In this document: positions 16,375 to 20,000 of the stretch, piece after piece
Layout of the letters: each line of letters starts with the position of its first letter
Numbering within the stretch: position 1 is the first letter of the stretch
Source of the DNA: Chrysochromulina tobinii
Lineage: Eukaryota
Assembly: GCA_001275005.1 (NCBI GenBank)
Contig: JWZX01003391.1
Coordinates: 48,422 to 68,421 of the forward strand
Length of the DNA: 20,000 nt
Direction: 5' to 3'
The notes under the pieces: model-generated
Database searches by the model: none
The model's input: the letters and a program-made list of their open reading frames with translations, nothing else
What the model was told of the DNA's origin: nothing
Translations under genes and position numbers: made by a program

Positions 16375-18516
16375 GTACGGGTCTTCCACAGGTTCGGTAC
16401 AGGCGTGGTGATTCGTCAGCACCGTCTCGCGGCCAAAGCCCTGCCGCCGCTGCCGCGTCCGGTGCGGGGCGTACCCGAGCCCGCGCCGCCCCCCTTTTTG
16501 CGCCAGCTTGATGAGCAGTCGATAGCCGAGCTGCTCAGCACGGCGCCCGACGCGCGCGAGAGGACGGAGGAGGCGACGCTGCGCGTGGACACGCCCAGCA
16601 CGACGCTGCTCAGCACGACGCTGCTCAGCTCGACGCTGCCCAGCACGACGCTCCCTCTGGGAACGCCCGATAGGACGCTTCCAAGGACGCTCGCGCCGCA
16701 GTCGAAGCTGTCGCCGTGCGATCTGGCCACGGCAGCGCCCTGGGCGAAACCCGCCCAGGACGGCGCCCTAGGCGCTCCACACGGCGGCGTGCTTGGCGGC
16801 CCGCCAACAAGCGCCGTGGCGAGCGCACTGCCCAGCACGGCGCGGTCGGAGGAGCCCACGAAGCCGTCCACGCTCGAGTCCTCGTCGGCGGATGGCGCCG
16901 TGTTGAGCGCGCCGCCGCGCCTGCTGCGTCCATTGGCGCTCGGGACGACGCCGCTCGGGGCGGCGCTCAGTGCGATGGCCGTTTCCGCGGACGGCACACG
17001 CGTGCTCGTGGGCGCTTGCGACGGCGCGCTGCAGCTCCTCTCCCTGCAGCTGGCTGGCACGGTGGCGGCCGGTGCGCAGGTGTGGCGCTGCGCGTGTGCA
17101 CATGCGGGCGGCGTGGCGGCTGTGAAGCTGCTCGAAGGGCCCAGAGGCGTGAACGGAGGGTGCCTGTGGGGTCTCTCGTCCGGCGATGATAGCACGTGCG
17201 CCGCCTGGGCGGTCCCCGCGCCGTCGTGGGCACCGGACGACGCCCTGGCTGCGGCCGAGCCGCTCAACGCGGCGCCACTCCAGCGATGGGAGCTCGAGTG
17301 CGCGTTGGCCGATCGTCTCTTGCGCGCCGGCAAGTCGTACGTCGCTGTGGGCCTCCTCGCCACGGAGCCACCGACCCTGACCACCGCCAGGGGTTCGTCA
17401 GGTGCTCAGGACGGCGCCAACGGCCTCCTCGCCACGGAGCCACCGACCGGCGCGCGGTTTGCGGCGGCGGTGGGCGCGTCTGTCTTCCTCCTCGACGTGG
17501 GCTCATCGGCGCCGCGCCGCCGACTGGCCGCCGGCCGCACGATCACAGCACTCGAATACATGGGAGCGCGCCGGCTGCTGTGCGCCAGTGGCTACGGCGG
17601 CGTGGTGGTGTGGAGCGACTTTGGCGAGGGCGGGGCGGCCTCGGTGCTCGTGTACAAGGGTCCGCTGGATACGATGGCCGGCGCGCCCGACGAAAGGTAC
17701 ATGGCGTGCGGCGCGCAGGACGGCACGCTGGTCATGTGGCCGTTGGACGCACTCGAGAGTGCAAGCGACTGCTGCCAGAAGCTGCTGCCATCGACTGCTG
17801 ACAGCACCGGCGCGGCGGCGGCCGAGGGGGCGGCAGCCAACGGGATGGAGGCCGAGGCGCCCACGACGGCGCGTGCAGTCGAGGCCATGCCGTCGGCGGA
17901 TTCGTCCACGACGGCGCTGTGCGACGGAGGGCCGCCGACGCCACTGCCGCCGACGCCACTGCCGCCGACGCCACTGCCGCCGCCGCCGAGTGAGATCATC
18001 ACAGCGCCCAATGCAGCGCCAGGCATGACTGAGGCGCCGAGCGAGGCGGAGGCGGCGCAGCGTGCGCGGTCGGTCCTCTACTTCAGCGGCGGCTGTTACG
18101 AGCACAAGGTGGGCCCTCTGGCGTGGGAAGCCGACGGCCGATGCTGTGCGAGCGCGGGCGGTCGGCGGGTGGTCGTGTGGGACATGGGCGCGCCCGGGAC
18201 GGCGCCCCCCGTCCGTCAGAATGGGCGCGCCAGCCTGCTCCTCGGCCATCGCGCCGCCGTCACCTGGGTCGGCTTCGCGCCAGCCGGGGCTTCTCCCGCC
18301 GAGCCGGCCGGTGGTGTGCCCAAGACGGCGCTCCTCGCGGCGGCCGCGGCAGATGGGCGCATCTGGATGCATGCGCTCGAGCGGCCTGAGGACGCGGCGG
18401 CGGCTCCGGCGGCGACCACGGCCCCCCGCCAGCACGGTGGCCCTACGTACGCGACAAGCGGCCATGATCGTCGAGCAGCCGAGCGCGGCAACCGACGCCC
18501 ACGCCGCCGATCGTGA
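16375..18516 (+). CDS. Exon 2 of TIP41-WD40 fusion: end of TIP41, S/T/P linker and WD40 beta-propeller; true end may be 18592
   Basis: WD40-like blades: LSAMAVSADGTRVLVGACDGALQLLSL; AHAGGVAAV..SSGDDSTCAAWAV; ITALEY..LCASGYGGVVVWSD; APDERYMACGAQDGTLVMWPL; KVGPLAWEADGRCCASAGGRRVVVWDM; LLGHRAAVTWVGF..AAAAADGRIWMH. A final blade-like segment, FAWTPQGWLLYGKGGEVLAV, lies in the +1 frame and ends at 18592. Confidence 0.82.
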   Translation, partial: VRVFHRFGTGVVIRQHRLAAKALPPLPRPVRGVPEPAPPPFLRQLDEQSIAELLSTAPDARERTEEATLRVDTPSTTLLSTTLLSSTLPSTTLPLGTPDRTLPRTLAPQSKLSPCDLATAAPWAKPAQDGALGAPHGGVLGGPPTSAVASALPSTARSEEPTKPSTLESSSADGAVLSAPPRLLRPLALGTTPLGAALSAMAVSADGTRVLVGACDGALQLLSLQLAGTVAAGAQVWRCACAHAGGVAAVKLLEGPRGVNGGCLWGLSSGDDSTCAAWAVPAPSWAPDDALAAAEPLNAAPLQRWELECALADRLLRAGKSYVAVGLLATEPPTLTTARGSSGAQDGANGLLATEPPTGARFAAAVGASVFLLDVGSSAPRRRLAAGRTITALEYMGARRLLCASGYGGVVVWSDFGEGGAASVLVYKGPLDTMAGAPDERYMACGAQDGTLVMWPLDALESASDCCQKLLPSTADSTGAAAAEGAAANGMEAEAPTTARAVEAMPSADSSTTALCDGGPPTPLPPTPLPPTPLPPPPSEIITAPNAAPGMTEAPSEAEAAQRARSVLYFSGGCYEHKVGPLAWEADGRCCASAGGRRVVVWDMGAPGTAPPVRQNGRASLLLGHRAAVTWVGFAPAGASPAEPAGGVPKTALLAAAAADGRIWMHALERPEDAAAAPAATTAPRQHGGPTYATSGHDRRAAERGNRRPRRRS
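16597..16656 (+). repeat. Coding 15-bp tandem repeat x4 (STTLL/SSTLP/STTLP)
   Basis: agcacgacgctgctc x2, agctcgacgctgccc, agcacgacgctccct. Confidence 0.9.
17350..17448 (+). repeat. Perfect 27-bp direct repeat (GLLATEPPT) flanking a 45-bp unique insert
   Basis: ggcctcctcgccacggagccaccgacc at 17350-17376 and 17422-17448; the 72-bp period keeps the frame. Confidence 0.9.
17932..17976 (+). repeat. Coding 15-bp tandem repeat x3 (PPTPL)
   Basis: ccgccgacgccactg x3. Confidence 0.9.
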
Positions 18517-18719
18517 GAGCCCGTTTGCGTGGACGCCGCAAGGGTGGCTGCTGTATGGCAAGGGTGGCGAGGTGCTCGCCGTGAGGTACTAAGATACGTG
18601 TTTCTTACGAGCGAGCGGACAGCCGGCTGTGACAGCGCCGGATTCTTTTCGATAATTGGAAACAACTTTTAGACGCTTTCGTTCTTGTGTAATCAGTCGT
18701 GGTCGGGACTCGGGAGGTC

Positions 18720-18949
18720 TTGACCCAAAGTGGTAGGAGAGGGTATTCTTTCTGGATTCACACACTATCCCCACCACCTGATTTTGAACTCAGTGGTTGA
18801 CCCAAAGGGGTAGGAGAGGGTATTCTTTCTGGATTCACACACTATCCCCACCACCTGATTTTGAACTCAGTGGTTGACCCAAAGGGGTAGGAGAGGGTAT
18901 TCTTTCTGGATTCACACACTATCCCCACCACCTGATTTTGAACTCAGTG
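18720..18949. repeat. 77-bp tandem repeat, 3 near-identical units
   Basis: Unit TTGACCCAAAG(T/G)GGTAGGAGAGGGTATTCTTTCTGGATTCACACACTATCCCCACCACCTGATTTTGAACTCAGTG(G) starts at 18720, 18797 and 18874. There is one internal substitution (unit 1) and there are no spacers. Confidence 0.95.
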
Positions 18950-19011
18950 ATACGTACACTCCGGTCGTATTTTTTATACGAACGGAATCAAATCCGGCGT
19001 ATCCGAAAGGG

Positions 19012-19142
19012 TTTTTTGCAGATGGGGGCTCCGTTTAGCTAATCCCCCCCACTTGGGGGCTCGGTTCTCGTCTTAATTTTATGTAGATGGGGGCTCCGTC
19101 GCTTTTCACGTCTTAATTTTATGCAGATGGGGGGGGCTACGT
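19012..19142. repeat. Degenerate ~40-bp-period repeats with AGATGGGGGCTCCGT core
   Basis: cgtcttaattttatg(t/c)agatggggg..ct(c/a)cgt at 19069-19099 and 19109-19142; partial copies at 19012-19034 and 19054-19065. Confidence 0.8.
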
Positions 19143-19731
19143 TTCCCAGATGGACGAAAGAGGTAGAGGAACTGCTGTCCGGTCGACTCACGACTGTCAC
19201 TGTGATCTGTGCGTGCCAGGGCACCGCACCTGTGGCACGTGCCGTGCAAGCCGAGTCGAGTGTACTCTTAAAGCCACTGCGACTTAAAGTGGACTTAGGA
19301 CATAGGAGTCTAATTGTGTAAAGCGAGGTCATTCACGACCATGTTCACGACGTACGAACGTACACGGTATGTACCTCAGCTCGTGTTGTAATAACTTGTT
19401 TTCAAACATCAGTACCTCGTTCAGCCGGAACGAAAATGTGAGCTCGGAGACGAGCATCAATTTTGATTCTCTCGAGCGCCCTTTCGTCCGTGAATCGGCG
19501 CGGATGCCTCGATCTGTACGGCTTTACACAAACCTGCACTTTCCCCTCTCTGAGCATCTCGCGGTCGTAGCCGTGTCGGTGAGCTGAGGCAGCTCTCTCT
19601 GCCACTGTGTGATCCGTTCGTGTGCCACTGGGTGCTCCACCTCTCCATTGTGTGGCTCCATCCTTCCTTTGGTCCTGTCGGTGCGTACGGCTCGCTGCCC
19701 GAGGCTATGTTCGCGCGCAGCGCTGGCTACC

Positions 19732-19998
19732 TCAGCAAACACGCTCGTCGTTGTTGTCGACGGGCTGTGCATCAGCGGACTTCTTACAAAAGAAGTTCCA
19801 TTTTGGGGCGTGTGGAATGCCTATCGCCGCCTGCGCCTTTTCGAACACCTTGCTGTCCGACTCGGGTTTTGGCGCCTTGTCGAACACCTTGCTGTCCGAC
19901 TCGGATTTTGGAGCATCGTTGGCGGGTTTTGCAGCAGCATCGTAGGCGGCTTGTGCAGCAGCATTGTAGGCGGCTATTGCAGCCTCTTCGTCCGACCG
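19732..19998 (-). CDS. 3' end of hypothetical low-complexity repeat protein; starts beyond right window edge
   Basis: Manual translation: ...RSDEEAAIAAYNAAAQAAYDAAAKPANDAPKSESDSKVFDKAPKPESDSKVFEKAQAAIGIPHAPKWNFFCKKSADAQPVDNNDERVC*. Internal repeats have codon-multiple periods (39 bp from 19841/19880; 24 bp at ~19931-19983). Confidence 0.55.
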   Translation of the reverse strand, partial: RSDEEAAIAAYNAAAQAAYDAAAKPANDAPKSESDSKVFDKAPKPESDSKVFEKAQAAIGIPHAPKWNFFCKKSADAQPVDNNDERVC

Positions 19999-20000
19999 GC

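Noticed and set aside
16308..16511. Stand-alone TIP41 ending at 16511
   Set aside because: The tail after 16337 loses TIP41 similarity, whereas the spliced form restores it.
11862..18561. Long antisense or alternative-frame ORFs (e.g. 11862-12878, 15342-16244, 16416-17384, 17503-18561)
   Set aside because: Stop-poor shadows of GC-rich coding sequence with no recognisable motifs.
18720..18949. CRISPR array
   Set aside because: Units are contiguous and near-identical with no variable spacers; no cas genes; eukaryotic context.
18720..18949. Spliced-leader RNA or tRNA-derived SINE (ATTTTG Sm-like site; GTTCAAAATC B-box-like on the minus strand)
   Set aside because: The motifs are short and imperfect; no A box, cloverleaf or recognisable leader sequence.
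19369..19731. Short ORFs on both strands
   Set aside because: No motifs or clear codon bias; probably UTR or intergenic.

Overview
Compact, intron-poor, GC-rich eukaryotic genomic DNA. A haptophyte-like alga is inferred from the gene set and intron style but cannot be proven from this window. Left to right: (1) the 5' part of an OPR/HPR helical-repeat RNA-binding protein gene on the minus strand, running off the left edge and missed by the ORF track; (2) a ~9.6 kb uninterrupted sacsin-like gene with two Hsp90-like sacsin repeats, a J-domain and a C-terminal HEPN, carrying unusual UVR-type and SAP/HeH-like inserts; (3) the replication licensing factor Cdt1; (4) a SHIPPO/ODF3-like repeat protein; (5) an SGNH/PC-esterase-like protein; (6) a two-exon TIP41-WD40 fusion gene whose 67-nt intron appears to have been created by a 30-bp exon duplication plus a short insert supplying the branch point and acceptor; (7) a 3 x 77-bp tandem array followed by shorter repeats; (8) the 3' end of a minus-strand repeat-containing protein. 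Non-coding highlights are two copies of a probable non-LTR retroelement 3' end, one only ~31 bp long and flanked by a 13-bp target-site duplication, and a recurrent GGTGTGAA(CGTGAA) motif, twice palindromic, just upstream of three genes. No CRISPR, rRNA or tRNA was seen.
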